A stretch of DNA of 53,624 nucleotides from Candidatus Altiarchaeales archaeon ex4484_96 (GTDB taxonomy: Archaea; Altiarchaeota; Altiarchaeia; IMC4; QMZM01): the NCBI GenBank assembly GCA_002254405.1, contig NJDH01000001.1, positions 1 to 53,624 of the forward strand. The letters run 5' to 3'. Under the pieces are notes generated by a model that did not search any database, was not told the DNA's origin, and saw only the letters and a program-made list of their open reading frames with translations. Position numbers and translations under genes: made by a program. Below are positions 1 to 9,843 of this stretch, one piece after another (the stretch's first letter is position 1; each line of letters starts with the position of its first letter).

Positions 1-5
1 TATAT

Positions 6-1211
6 TCAGTCATCACCCCACCTCCCCGAGACAGCAGCATCAATACACTGGCTTAAAGTACCGTATCTCACATTTAGTTTGCAGTGCGATGGAGCGTAAA
101 AAGCCGCTTTTCCCGAGTTGGTGGCCAGAGACCTGAAGCCCATCTCCCAAACCGGTGCCACAACTATGCAGGTATCTGACAGCACAAAGGCCCCGGACTT
201 TTCTATTTTTGCCAGCAAACCCGTTTGCTTAGCCTTCTTTTTAACGTCCTGTGAGGTTGTAATCCACAAGGCTGTTTTAACCTTTTTTCCCTCTAGATTG
301 GATGCTATCTGCTTAAGCTCCTCATATGAGGCATGAGGGCATCCAATAGAGACCAGGTCTATTTTGTTGGTTTTTGTGTTTAAGGCATTGTATCCGGGGG
401 TAAGCTCTTCTATTATAATCTGGGAGATATCTTTTTTCACTGGATTGTTTTTGGCTTCAGGTGTCAGATTTTCTATGTGATACATTGCCACGGAACCGGA
501 TGCTGCCATGGCAGCCCCAAGAGATTTCAGCTGCTCCAGGGTAGCGCACTTGATTCCCTTAAAGTAGGGTATTCCTCCTCCAACCTTTTTACCTACAATA
601 TAACCCAGCGCCCCGAAATCAGATAATGAATCCAATCCGGTTTTGACTTTAACGATGTAATCTGCTTTCCTGTTCACATCAAGGTGCAGCCCGTACTCAG
701 GGGTCAAACCTGTTAAGGCGGATGAGAGGGCTGAAATTCCAGATTCCCGGTTTGTTCTCGCCCCTAAAACAGAGTTAGCGTATGATACAGCCGAGGACTC
801 GCTCCATGCTATATGCGCACCAAAACCGGGTTTGTTCCCCGCTAGATACGGGGTGCACGTGCACTTAGGCTGCAACCCCATTTTTTTGAATACGTCAATA
901 ACACGTAACTGTTTCACGGCGAATTCTTGGGGGAAACCCAGGGTCTCCCAGTTCACTAAATCCATTCCCGCCGGGTTGAGGAAAGCCACAACACGGGCTT
1001 TGTTTCCATATTCAGCCCAGTCATTTAATAAATCCAATCCCTCTTCGCCTAGGTTTTTGTAGCTGACCCCGGATACCTGAACGCTTTCCACGGGGATGAA
1101 TCTTTTAGCACCATATATTTTACCCAGAGCCGAAAGTATCTCCATGGCCTTTTGAACTCCTTTGCCTTCGTCGCCATTGAGCATGCTCTTTTGTTTTTTT
1201 GTATAATGCAT
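6..1211 (-). CDS. Aconitase X catalytic-domain protein (DUF521); likely phosphomevalonate dehydratase large subunit of the archaeal mevalonate pathway
   Basis: 401-aa ORF. The N-terminus MHYTKKQKSMLNGDEGKGVQKAMEILSALGKIYGAKRFIPVESVQVSGVSY fits the AcnX/DUF521 pattern. It directly abuts UbiD- and UbiX-type genes. Confidence 0.75.
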   Translation of the reverse strand: MHYTKKQKSMLNGDEGKGVQKAMEILSALGKIYGAKRFIPVESVQVSGVSYKNLGEEGLDLLNDWAEYGNKARVVAFLNPAGMDLVNWETLGFPQEFAVKQLRVIDVFKKMGLQPKCTCTPYLAGNKPGFGAHIAWSESSAVSYANSVLGARTNRESGISALSSALTGLTPEYGLHLDVNRKADYIVKVKTGLDSLSDFGALGYIVGKKVGGGIPYFKGIKCATLEQLKSLGAAMAASGSVAMYHIENLTPEAKNNPVKKDISQIIIEELTPGYNALNTKTNKIDLVSIGCPHASYEELKQIASNLEGKKVKTALWITTSQDVKKKAKQTGLLAKIEKSGAFVLSDTCIVVAPVWEMGFRSLATNSGKAAFYAPSHCKLNVRYGTLSQCIDAAVSGRWGDD

Positions 1212-2473
1212 TATTCCCCTACCCTAACCTCACGAAACATTTTTTTCTCGGCTTTGGAGGGTATGGTGGCATCTAATCCGATTTTCGTAGTCATATTGTC
1301 TTTCCCGCAGGAGGGGTCCAGAGAGCTTCCTTTTTCCTTGAAGGTGTGGGTGTCCACATCACCCTGATATCTTGTAGCAATAGCCCATTCAACAGCCCCC
1401 TTATCGTATACGTTGATATCAGAGTCCACTAACACCAGATGCTTCATGCTCTTATGCGCCCTGAATGCGGCCCTGATAGCATTAGCCGCATCATCTGGTT
1501 TATTCTTCTCTATTGAGACTATGCCGTGAAGCCAGCCGCATCCACCGGAGCTCAAATGAACTCCCCTGCAGGCACACACCCGCGATACCTGATTATAGAT
1601 TATGGGTTCCCTTGGCATGCCCATTAAAAGCTGATGCTCCCTTAGGGAGGGGAGGATTGCATGATATATCGGGTTTTTCCTGTGTGTTATCAGCTCTATT
1701 TCTATGACAGGTTCCTTCCTGACCTTATCAAGGGTTCTGGTTACATCAAGAAAAGGCCCTTCAGTATGCCTTTGACGGGTTATTTTTCCCTCAAGTATTA
1801 TCTCCGAGTTAGCGGGTACCAGAAGGTCGCTTCTAATGCATTTAACGAGCCTGAACTCACCCAGGGTGTTTGCGATATCAAGCTCGCTTTGTTCTATTTG
1901 GGTTGATAAGGCCGCGGCCAATAAAATAGCTGGATGCACTCCGATGCATAATGCCACCTTAAGCTCTCCCCCGGCTCTCTTCAGGTACTCATAGAGGTCT
2001 CTTTTACATAAGCGGGCGACAAGCTTGTTTTTTGATATTGGACTCGCCCTGTGAAAGCTCATGTTAAAGCCGTATTCAGGGTCTGATGTTATATAGACCG
2101 CTGATGTGATATAAGGCCCCATATCGCTGCTGGTGTATGTTGGTATCGGAAGCGCTGTTAAATCAACCTCCTCCTCTATGACCTGCTGACACGCCCCCTT
2201 AGATGTTTGCTTTGGCCTGGTGGGGTACTCAAGTGCGTTGTTTAGTTTAGTGATTAATTCTTGCTTATCCACACCCAATGCCCTGGCAAACTTAGACCTG
2301 CTGTTGCAGATGTTTCCTATCAGAGAGTAATCAGAGCTCTTGATGTTTTTGAAGTGAAACGCTTTATGCTCTTCTCTGAGTATGCGGGGTATCTCAAGAC
2401 GGGGGTCTGCTTCCCGGGTGTAATCCAGCACCTCTATTTGTTTGATATAATCCCTCATCTTTTTTACCCCCAT
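1211..2473 (-). CDS. UbiD-family decarboxylase; likely anhydromevalonate phosphate decarboxylase
   Basis: 420-aa ORF of UbiD-family length with the segment SSGGCGWLHGIVSIEKNKPDDA. It lies between the AcnX-type and UbiX genes with overlapping junctions. Confidence 0.7.
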   Translation of the reverse strand: MGVKKMRDYIKQIEVLDYTREADPRLEIPRILREEHKAFHFKNIKSSDYSLIGNICNSRSKFARALGVDKQELITKLNNALEYPTRPKQTSKGACQQVIEEEVDLTALPIPTYTSSDMGPYITSAVYITSDPEYGFNMSFHRASPISKNKLVARLCKRDLYEYLKRAGGELKVALCIGVHPAILLAAALSTQIEQSELDIANTLGEFRLVKCIRSDLLVPANSEIILEGKITRQRHTEGPFLDVTRTLDKVRKEPVIEIELITHRKNPIYHAILPSLREHQLLMGMPREPIIYNQVSRVCACRGVHLSSGGCGWLHGIVSIEKNKPDDAANAIRAAFRAHKSMKHLVLVDSDINVYDKGAVEWAIATRYQGDVDTHTFKEKGSSLDPSCGKDNMTTKIGLDATIPSKAEKKMFREVRVGE

Positions 2474-3012
2474 CTCCGATAGAGGTTGTTTTCTATCCCC
2501 AGGGCATCCAGTATTTTACCTGCGAAAAAGTTTGTCAGATCATCAACGGTCTTGGGTTTAATGTAGTATGCAATGTTGGGGGGCACAATCGATACGTTCT
2601 GTAGTTTAAGCTTTCTCATGTTTTCGATGGCGTTAAGGGAGAGAGGCGTGTCTCTGGGTGCTACAACCAGTTTCTTGTCGAGTTTAAGCACGTTCTCGGC
2701 TGCGCGTGATATCAGGTTGTCGGATAAGCCGTTGGCTACGGATGCGAGTGTTTTCATAGAGCAGGGAGCTATCACCATAGCATCAACCCCGAATGAAGAG
2801 CTGGCTAAGGCAGCTTCCAGCTGGTTTTCCTTGAACAATTCAACGCTCAAAGAGCGCACCCTCTCAAGGTCGAAGGGCTCATATTCACTAATCTTTAATG
2901 CAGCATCTGAGACGATGGTATAAGGCTTTTTTTTCTGAGCGGCTAATACCTCAACCAGCCGCTGGCCGAGAATTAAGCCGGATGCGCCGGTGATTGCCAC
3001 CACTACTTTCAT
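2464..3012 (-). CDS. ubiX: Flavin prenyltransferase UbiX (prenylated-FMN synthase)
   Basis: 182 aa. Contains MKVVVAITGASG and MVIAPCSMKTLASVANGLSDNLISRAAENVLK, typical UbiX/Pad1 flavoprotein motifs. Confidence 0.85.
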   Translation of the reverse strand: MKVVVAITGASGLILGQRLVEVLAAQKKKPYTIVSDAALKISEYEPFDLERVRSLSVELFKENQLEAALASSSFGVDAMVIAPCSMKTLASVANGLSDNLISRAAENVLKLDKKLVVAPRDTPLSLNAIENMRKLKLQNVSIVPPNIAYYIKPKTVDDLTNFFAGKILDALGIENNLYRRWG

Positions 3013-3056
3013 ATATATTTATATACATTTCACCCATTTATCTAATAACGTGGAAA

Positions 3057-4478
3057 ATGGAAACCTTTAAAATAAAGAAAATAGAGTTCGACGAGAAAGA
3101 AAAAAGAACCATCATGGCCATGGAAAACAAGTTCCTCATGACCCACATGAGCGATCTCGCGAAGCTGCAGCAGAAGGGACGATATGAGATGGCTGAGGAA
3201 TTCATCAAAGAGGAAATCGAGAAAAGAGATGTGAGCGAAAGCGAGATTGATTATCAAAAGACCGTTAACTATCTGTCGGGTTATGGTGTTTTAGATCCTG
3301 TGCTGGAAAGAGACGATATAGAGGAGGTATTGATAAACGGGCATGAGGTCCCTCTTATGATAGTACACCGGCAGTTCGGTAAATGCTATACGAATATCAC
3401 GTTCGAAAACAGGGGGGATTTGATGGCTTTGATAAACAAGATTATAATATTTTGCGGTGCCAAGAAGGGAAGGGCCATAATAGACGAGATACTACCCGAG
3501 GGCCCCAGAATAAACCTCACTCTCCCGCCCGTGTCATTTAATAAGCCGCTTTTGACCATAAGAAAATATCTTAGAGAGCTTCCCACAGTGGTTGATTTAA
3601 TAAGCAACGGGACTCTCCCAATTGATATGACGGCCCTGCTTTGGGTTTGCGTTGAGGGCTTTGGCATAGCTCCCAGAAACATTTTGATTACCGGGGGAAC
3701 GAGCTCTGGTAAGACAACCATGCTTAATTCGCTTCTGCCCTTCTCGGCCGAGCATGAGAGGATTGTTTCAATAGAAGACACCCTTGAGATAGACCTCCAT
3801 TACTGTAATGACTGGTGCCGTACTACTACAACAGAGTTCGCTGACATGGAAAAGCTTGTGGAAAACAGCCTTCGTTTAAGGCCGGATAGGGTGATTGTCG
3901 GTGAGGTAAGAGGTAGCGAAGCCTTCAACCTGATTAACGCGATGAACCTCGGTCACACCGGAATGGGCACCATACACGCTGATAACGCACGAGACGCTTT
4001 GCTTAAGCTCAGCGCACCACCGATGAACGTCGACCCCGAGATGCTGGTCATACTGGACCTTATTGTTGTCGTCAACAGGTTTCATGAGAAAACCGCTGAT
4101 GTTAGAAAGATTGCTCACATAGCCGAGATAGGTAATATCGTTGAGGGCCGGATACAGTTGGGTTCGGTCTGCGGATACAACCCCAAAACCAAGAAAACCG
4201 AGTTCCACAGGTTTCCTGCGGTAACCATCACCAAGATATCAGAGGCTGTTGGTTTAGAGCCGAAAGAGATAATAAACGAGATAAGGAAGAGAGAGGGTAT
4301 CCTTGAGTATATGCTGTTGAATGGTATCTCCAAGGAAGTTGATGTTTTGAAGATGATTAGAGGATATCATAAGGACCCTGATAAAGTGTGGGGCAAGGTT
4401 TACGCTGGTCTGAAACATATGGGCAAGAAACGCGCCCGGATGAAGGAATACTCCACAGCCTCCCACGAAAAAGAGTAG
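3057..4478 (+). CDS. Type II/IV secretion-system ATPase (archaeal type IV pilus / archaellum ArlI-like family)
   Basis: Walker A GGTSSGKTT, the VGEVRGSEA box and GHTGMGTIHA. I place the start at the internal ATG 3057 (METFKIKK), because the 2994 start overlaps the divergent ubiX start. Confidence 0.8.
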   Translation: METFKIKKIEFDEKEKRTIMAMENKFLMTHMSDLAKLQQKGRYEMAEEFIKEEIEKRDVSESEIDYQKTVNYLSGYGVLDPVLERDDIEEVLINGHEVPLMIVHRQFGKCYTNITFENRGDLMALINKIIIFCGAKKGRAIIDEILPEGPRINLTLPPVSFNKPLLTIRKYLRELPTVVDLISNGTLPIDMTALLWVCVEGFGIAPRNILITGGTSSGKTTMLNSLLPFSAEHERIVSIEDTLEIDLHYCNDWCRTTTTEFADMEKLVENSLRLRPDRVIVGEVRGSEAFNLINAMNLGHTGMGTIHADNARDALLKLSAPPMNVDPEMLVILDLIVVVNRFHEKTADVRKIAHIAEIGNIVEGRIQLGSVCGYNPKTKKTEFHRFPAVTITKISEAVGLEPKEIINEIRKREGILEYMLLNGISKEVDVLKMIRGYHKDPDKVWGKVYAGLKHMGKKRARMKEYSTASHEKE

Positions 4479-5567
4479 GTGATGGAGACCGAGCAGATAA
4501 CCGAGGGAGATATCAGTTTCTGGGTTCCGTCTGATAGAAAAAACACCAAAAAGGATGTTGTTTTTTTTAACCCACATATGCGCTTGAATCGGGATATTTC
4601 TGTTGCTGTGGCAGCTCAGATTAAACCTAAACGTTACTGTGATTTGCTGGCCGGCTCGGGTGTGAGGGGTTTGAGGATAGCGAAAGAATCGGCTGTTGGT
4701 TGTGTGTGGCTGAATGATGCTAACCCTAATGCTTTTGAGCTGATTAAGGCTAATGCTTTGTTGAATAAACTGGATGTTGAGGTATCCAATAGGGATGGTA
4801 ATTCTCTTTTATGTGATGAATCTTTTGATTTCATAGACGTGGACCCCTTTGGGCCGCCGGTTTCTTTTGTTGACAGCACAATCAGGGCCTTGGATAAGGA
4901 GGGTATGCTGGCTTTTAGCGCGACCGATACCTCTGCTTTATGCGGTACCTATCCCCGGGCTGCTGGAAGAAAATATGATGCTTTAAGCCTTAGAACGGAT
5001 TATTATAATGAAGCGGGTTTGCGTATTTTCCTGGGTTATCTGATAAGGAGGGGTTTAGGGCTTAATGTCGCTTTAGCGCCTGTTTTTTCTCATTGCAGCA
5101 GGCATTATTTCAGGGTTTATTTACATGCTAAGAAAAGCAGGAGAGCCTGTAATGAGTCTCTTAAAAAAGTTTGTTTTCTGCAGCATTGCTTTAGCTGTCT
5201 TAACCGCAGGTACGCCGGGCTTGATGATTTGATGGAGTTTTGTGGATGCGGGGGGCGTTTTGTTAATGCGGGACCTCTTTGGTCGGGTGTTTTAGCTGAT
5301 AAATCATTTTGTGCGAGTATGGGCGATAAACTGGATTACAGCCCTGATGGGCGGCAACTGGTTGAGCTGGTTGGCGGGGAGGCTGAGCTCAGCAACCCTT
5401 ATTTTAACCTACATAAGGTGTTTCATAAGCAGAAGATGCCTGCTAGGCCTACCCGGGAGCTGATTGATTCTCTGAAAGATGCTGGTTTTAGTGCTGTGAG
5501 GACGCATTTTTGCGCCTTGGGTTTGAGAACCGACGCGTCGGTTGAGGATATATACGCTATACTCTAA
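4479..5567 (+). CDS. trm1: tRNA (guanine(26)-N2)-dimethyltransferase Trm1
   Basis: Contains FFNPHMRLNRDISV and IDVDPFGPP plus a C-terminal Cys cluster. Start is GTG 4479 or ATG 4482, immediately after the upstream stop. Confidence 0.88.
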   Translation: MMETEQITEGDISFWVPSDRKNTKKDVVFFNPHMRLNRDISVAVAAQIKPKRYCDLLAGSGVRGLRIAKESAVGCVWLNDANPNAFELIKANALLNKLDVEVSNRDGNSLLCDESFDFIDVDPFGPPVSFVDSTIRALDKEGMLAFSATDTSALCGTYPRAAGRKYDALSLRTDYYNEAGLRIFLGYLIRRGLGLNVALAPVFSHCSRHYFRVYLHAKKSRRACNESLKKVCFLQHCFSCLNRRYAGLDDLMEFCGCGGRFVNAGPLWSGVLADKSFCASMGDKLDYSPDGRQLVELVGGEAELSNPYFNLHKVFHKQKMPARPTRELIDSLKDAGFSAVRTHFCALGLRTDASVEDIYAIL

Positions 5568-5572
5568 TTGTT

Positions 5573-5591
5573 ATTGTATGTTATATACAAT
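5573..5591. promoter_or_regulatory. 19-bp palindromic site 1 (ATTGTATGTTATATACAAT)
   Basis: 7-bp perfect inverted arms ATTGTAT/ATACAAT. A near-identical second copy lies 62 bp downstream. Confidence 0.4.
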
Positions 5592-5629
5592 AGTAAAACA
5601 GTAAAAACTTAAAGAAAGAATAATATAGT

Positions 5630-6016
5630 ATGATATTGTATATTATATGCAATATGGATTCAGAAATTGGAATATTGCTTGGGGAATCGGCTCCATGTAA
5701 CATAAACCAGCTTCTTGAATCCATCTTCTGGAAGGAAAAAAAGCTCGCACCCAAGGCAAATAAACTGCTTAAGCACATTAGAGAATGGAGCCGCACCCAA
5801 AAACCCTACACAACAGATGAATGGAGCAGATATTGTGCAAAAAACAACATAAGCCAAAGCAGCTACCACAACATGCTTAAAAGACTCAGGAAAGCCAAGA
5901 TGATAGAAAAAAGATACAATAAACACAACAAAAAACACGAACTGCATTTAACAGACGGATTCTCTGAGTTGATGTTTAAGCAGGGTAATCTATGGGAGAG
6001 TTTCCTTAGAGAATAA
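5630..6016 (+). CDS. Small hypothetical protein, probable winged-helix DNA-binding protein
   Basis: 128-aa ORF (120 aa from ATG 5654). The segment ISQSSYHNMLKRLRKAKMIEKRY followed by a basic wing looks like an HTH recognition helix. I recognised no named family. Confidence 0.4.
   Translation: MILYIICNMDSEIGILLGESAPCNINQLLESIFWKEKKLAPKANKLLKHIREWSRTQKPYTTDEWSRYCAKNNISQSSYHNMLKRLRKAKMIEKRYNKHNKKHELHLTDGFSELMFKQGNLWESFLRE
5635..5653. promoter_or_regulatory. 19-bp palindromic site 2 (ATTGTATATTATATGCAAT)
   Basis: 17/19 identical to site 1. It ends directly at ATG 5654, the MDSEIG start of the small wHTH-like ORF. Confidence 0.4.
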
Positions 6017-6796
6017 TCAAAGAGGGATTATCTCATTTAAGGCAATCTTCAACCAACCCAGGTAAGGTATCCTAATCCATCCCCTGGCCACAAGCTGCCT
6101 CTCGTTCACCGGCAGGGCTATTCCGCCGTTTGGACCGCACTGGTCTGGATAAGGATTATTATCCCCTTTTGTTATGTATAGATTAAACGAGCCTGAATCA
6201 GGGTAATCCCTGTAGAAACACTCACCGCCTTCAACACAATCCCTTACATGGCGGATGTATGTTTTATTGAAACCCTCAATGGTTAGACAGGCTAATGTGC
6301 CTTCAACACCCTCAACCCGCCAGTCACTCACCCTCACTAAGCCCACGACCCGGTGTATTATTGGCTCGTTTCCGGGGTGTAGTTTATCCCGGTTGTATAT
6401 TACCACATCCCCCACCGCCGTCTCAGGAAACAAAGGCAAAAGCACGCCTCCGCCATCAGGTGTTACCGTGATAATCATATCCCCCTTAGAGAACCCGTAA
6501 TAGAATGGTAGACCGTCAACTGAGATGTTTCTCCCGTCAAGCCAGCCATCCCAGCCGCTATGAGACTGACAGCCTGCACCACTTAATAAGCTGCCACCAT
6601 GGTACATGCTGCAGGATGTTACCGCTACAAGAGGAAGCAAAAGATTCGCACCAAGAAAAATCTTTGATAAGATAATAATCACAGCTAAGACAACAAACAC
6701 CTCAACCAGGTCCCTCACCCAACCCTTGACCTCCTCAATAAGTTTCTCTTCCATAGTATTCTTAATATTCAGAATAGAATAATTAATATCTTCCAC
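6017..6796 (-). CDS. Signal peptidase I-like (S26 family, archaeal type) membrane protein
   Basis: N-terminal TM segment followed by VTSCSMYHGG, GDMIITV and IIHRVVG, which resemble S26 boxes B-D. There is a large insertion between boxes. Confidence 0.5.
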   Translation of the reverse strand: MEDINYSILNIKNTMEEKLIEEVKGWVRDLVEVFVVLAVIIILSKIFLGANLLLPLVAVTSCSMYHGGSLLSGAGCQSHSGWDGWLDGRNISVDGLPFYYGFSKGDMIITVTPDGGGVLLPLFPETAVGDVVIYNRDKLHPGNEPIIHRVVGLVRVSDWRVEGVEGTLACLTIEGFNKTYIRHVRDCVEGGECFYRDYPDSGSFNLYITKGDNNPYPDQCGPNGGIALPVNERQLVARGWIRIPYLGWLKIALNEIIPL

Positions 6797-6819
6797 AATA
6801 ATTTTTAAGATACATTAAA

Positions 6820-7950
6820 ATGGATTATGCATCCAGACTGGATAAGGTGAAGGAATCCGCGACCTTCAAGTACTCGGCGCAGGCTAAAAAAGACGGTGTG
6901 ATAAACCTCACCCAGGGGCTTATAAACCACGAAACACCCAAAAAGATAAGAGACGCAGCCATAAAAGCCCTAGGTGAAGGCAAAACCACCTATACCCCCA
7001 CGAGGGGCATACCCCAGCTGAGAGAGAAAATAAGCGATAAGCTTAAATCACAAAACGGGATTAAAGGTTTGGAGGCCGAAAATATTCTGGTTAGCTGCGG
7101 AGCCAAGCACCTTATCTTCGAGGCTGTGATGGCCTTAATCAATCCCGGTGAGCAGGTGGCACTTCCTAACCCCTCCTGGGTAAGCTATGAATCAATAGTA
7201 CATCTAGCTGAAGGCAAAATTATCTGGCTGCCTCTTAAAGCCCATGAAGGCTTTATCCCGGATGATGATTTCTTTAGCAGGCTGGAAGACAGCAACCCGA
7301 AAATAATATTTATGAACTCCCCCAATAACCCAACCGGGGCAGTGTACCCTAAAAAGACAATCAAAAAAATAATCGACTTAGCCGAAAGAAAGGATGCCTG
7401 GATTATCTCAGATGAGATATATGAGAGAATAATATATGATGGAAGACATTTTTCTCCTGCAAGCGTCTACGATAAAACAATAACCATAAACGGGTATTCT
7501 AAAGAGTTTTCGATGACCGGGTGGCGTCTAGGATATGCTGCCTCGAAAGTTGAGGAGGTGATAGATAGGATGAATATCATACAATCACAGAGTGTCTCCT
7601 GCGCCACCTCATTCGTGCAATATGCAGCCCTTGAAGCCTACAGTAAAGAGGTAAGTGATGAGGTGGAGGATATGGTTTCAGAGCTTAAACACAGGCGAAA
7701 CCTCCTTGTTGAGGGATTAAGTGATTTGGGTGTCCTAAACTATAGCCCACAGGGGGCCTTTTATTTGTTCCCTAAGCTGGGAGGCGACGATATCAGATTA
7801 GCGGATAAACTACTCGAAGATGGTGTGGGCGTTATACCCGGAAGCCCGTTTGGCTCAGCAGGCCAAGGTTGTGTGCGAATAAGCTACGGTTTTATCCCGG
7901 CGGATAGGATAGACGAGGTTGTTGTAAAGTTTGCAGGTAGCATTAAATAA
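6820..7950 (+). CDS. Class I/II PLP-dependent aminotransferase (aspartate aminotransferase-like)
   Basis: NSPNNPTGAVY and the PLP-lysine motif YSKEFSMTGWRLGY. 376 aa. Confidence 0.8.
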   Translation: MDYASRLDKVKESATFKYSAQAKKDGVINLTQGLINHETPKKIRDAAIKALGEGKTTYTPTRGIPQLREKISDKLKSQNGIKGLEAENILVSCGAKHLIFEAVMALINPGEQVALPNPSWVSYESIVHLAEGKIIWLPLKAHEGFIPDDDFFSRLEDSNPKIIFMNSPNNPTGAVYPKKTIKKIIDLAERKDAWIISDEIYERIIYDGRHFSPASVYDKTITINGYSKEFSMTGWRLGYAASKVEEVIDRMNIIQSQSVSCATSFVQYAALEAYSKEVSDEVEDMVSELKHRRNLLVEGLSDLGVLNYSPQGAFYLFPKLGGDDIRLADKLLEDGVGVIPGSPFGSAGQGCVRISYGFIPADRIDEVVVKFAGSIK

Positions 7951-7951
7951 A

Positions 7952-8638
7952 ATGTTTTCTCAGCAAACCCTCTCTCTGATAGGAACCATTGCATTAATCG
8001 GTGTGGGGGTTTTTATTTTTACGCTTTTGTTTTCGCTTGGTGCGGTATATCTTATCTTCCGCGACAAGAAGCTTGTGGAGAAAATACATTCAACCACCAG
8101 CCACATAATCCTTGATATACTTTTATTTTTCCTTGACCTCTCCTATATTCCATTAAAGAAAATCATCTCGTTAACGGGCAGAAACGGCAACCGCATTGAT
8201 GTGGTCTTGGTTGAAATAAGAAACATGCTCTTAAGGAAAAGCTTCGCTGCGGTGCCCTATGAGGACCGGTTGGTTTTGGTACCCCAGTGCCTTAGAAACA
8301 TAGACTGCAAGACCTCCTTTAACTCTGTGGAGGGCGCAAGATGCTTGGGGTGCGGTAAATGCAAGATATATGATATAGTAAAAAAAGCAAAGATACTTGG
8401 ATACATGGGAGTCTACATCGCCCCTGGAGGGGGTTTTGTGAGGAGAATAATCAAGGAAAAAAAACCCAAGGCTGTTTTAGGGTTAGGCTGCGCCTGGGAG
8501 GTTAATGCCGGTTTGGTGGAGGTCTCAAACCAGGGCATACCGGTTCAGGGGGTTATGCTGCTTCGAGACGGTTGTGTTGAAACGGATGTGGACCTTAAGG
8601 AGGTATATGAGGTAATGGAATATGGATCAAAACAATGA
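7952..8638 (+). CDS. DUF116-family membrane protein with Cys-rich C-terminal domain
   Basis: Two N-terminal TM helices, then LVPQCLRN...CLGCGKCKIY. Start moved to ATG 7952, just after the upstream stop. Confidence 0.5.
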   Translation: MFSQQTLSLIGTIALIGVGVFIFTLLFSLGAVYLIFRDKKLVEKIHSTTSHIILDILLFFLDLSYIPLKKIISLTGRNGNRIDVVLVEIRNMLLRKSFAAVPYEDRLVLVPQCLRNIDCKTSFNSVEGARCLGCGKCKIYDIVKKAKILGYMGVYIAPGGGFVRRIIKEKKPKAVLGLGCAWEVNAGLVEVSNQGIPVQGVMLLRDGCVETDVDLKEVYEVMEYGSKQ

Positions 8639-9839
8639 GGAAAGAAAGAAACTATTTTACTGGGATAGGCTGACAGAGGAGGGAGGTAATGGATTTGAGG
8701 GGATTATCGTGGTTTTTTTTGTTTTATCCTCTATGATTTCATTTTATGCCTACAGTATAGCCTCGATTGACATGTGGAATATTCTTTTGATGTTTTTTTC
8801 CCTGAGCATCAGCCTCAAGCAGATTTTCACCATTATCGTATCTCTTGTTCCGTTTCTATTGGTTTATCCCATACCCTTTGCCTTCATAGCCTACTATGGC
8901 ATTAGGGCAAAAAATTTTCGTTACCGGATACCCCTGGTTGCATCATTTTTTTCTGTTGCCGCAGGATTTTTGTTTTTTGAGTTCACGTCCAGTTATCTTG
9001 TTTTTGCGCTATCCTATATCATAGGTGCGTTCATATGCGGCTTTTGGGCTAACATAAGATACCGGGAACTCAGCTCGCTTAGGATATATCGGGCGTCTAC
9101 GAGAGCAGCATCCCAGGCTTATTTGATAATAAAGATTGGAATAATCGCTGCTGTCGTCTACACTATGGCATCCTCTGATTCATTGACGTCTGATTTCATG
9201 GACGGCTGCATGGACTCCTATGCATCCCTGTCCAAGCAGATGACGGAAAAGCAGTTGAGAAAACAGGTTGAGGAAAGCATAGAAGCCCAGATTAAGGTTC
9301 AAAACGAGCTTTTTGAAGATTTCGCCCGTTCACTTGGCTCCTCGTTTAAATCAATCGGCGTTGAGAAATTAGGTGAAATAGAAAAAAAGGAGCTGGAGAT
9401 ATTGGATAACTCAAGCCTGATTGATGAAAAAAAGCAGGAGTTGGAATCAGATTTTAGCGATTTATTGTTTGAGCAAAAAGATGATTGGAGCAATAAGGTA
9501 GATGAGCAGGTTGACTCTATTTTAAGCGATATAAGGGAGCAGCAGGGTAATGAAACAAGAAAACAGTTGATGGTTGAGCGCTACATGAGCGGGATGGGGG
9601 AGGATATGCTCACCCAGGAAAACGTCAAAGCCAGTATGGAGCAGATGCTTAAGGAGCATGTTATATTGGGGGGAAGGCAGGTGGTTTTATATGACTTCAT
9701 GGAGCAGACTTTTCCTCTTCTCATAGTACTTGTACTGTGGGGGATGATGGGTATGGCAAAGAAGATGGTTTTTCTGCCTCTTGTGGGATTATATACCGAG
9801 ATGCTCTCAAGGGTTTTATTGAGGGATGAGTCTAATTAA
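8622..9839 (+). CDS. Hypothetical multi-pass membrane protein with long acidic coiled-coil segment
   Basis: 405 aa. About 5 hydrophobic helices sit at the N-terminus, an E/K/Q-rich central region follows, and there is a C-terminal hydrophobic segment. No family recognised. Confidence 0.45.
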   Translation: MDQNNEERKKLFYWDRLTEEGGNGFEGIIVVFFVLSSMISFYAYSIASIDMWNILLMFFSLSISLKQIFTIIVSLVPFLLVYPIPFAFIAYYGIRAKNFRYRIPLVASFFSVAAGFLFFEFTSSYLVFALSYIIGAFICGFWANIRYRELSSLRIYRASTRAASQAYLIIKIGIIAAVVYTMASSDSLTSDFMDGCMDSYASLSKQMTEKQLRKQVEESIEAQIKVQNELFEDFARSLGSSFKSIGVEKLGEIEKKELEILDNSSLIDEKKQELESDFSDLLFEQKDDWSNKVDEQVDSILSDIREQQGNETRKQLMVERYMSGMGEDMLTQENVKASMEQMLKEHVILGGRQVVLYDFMEQTFPLLIVLVLWGMMGMAKKMVFLPLVGLYTEMLSRVLLRDESN

Positions 9840-9843
9840 TTAA

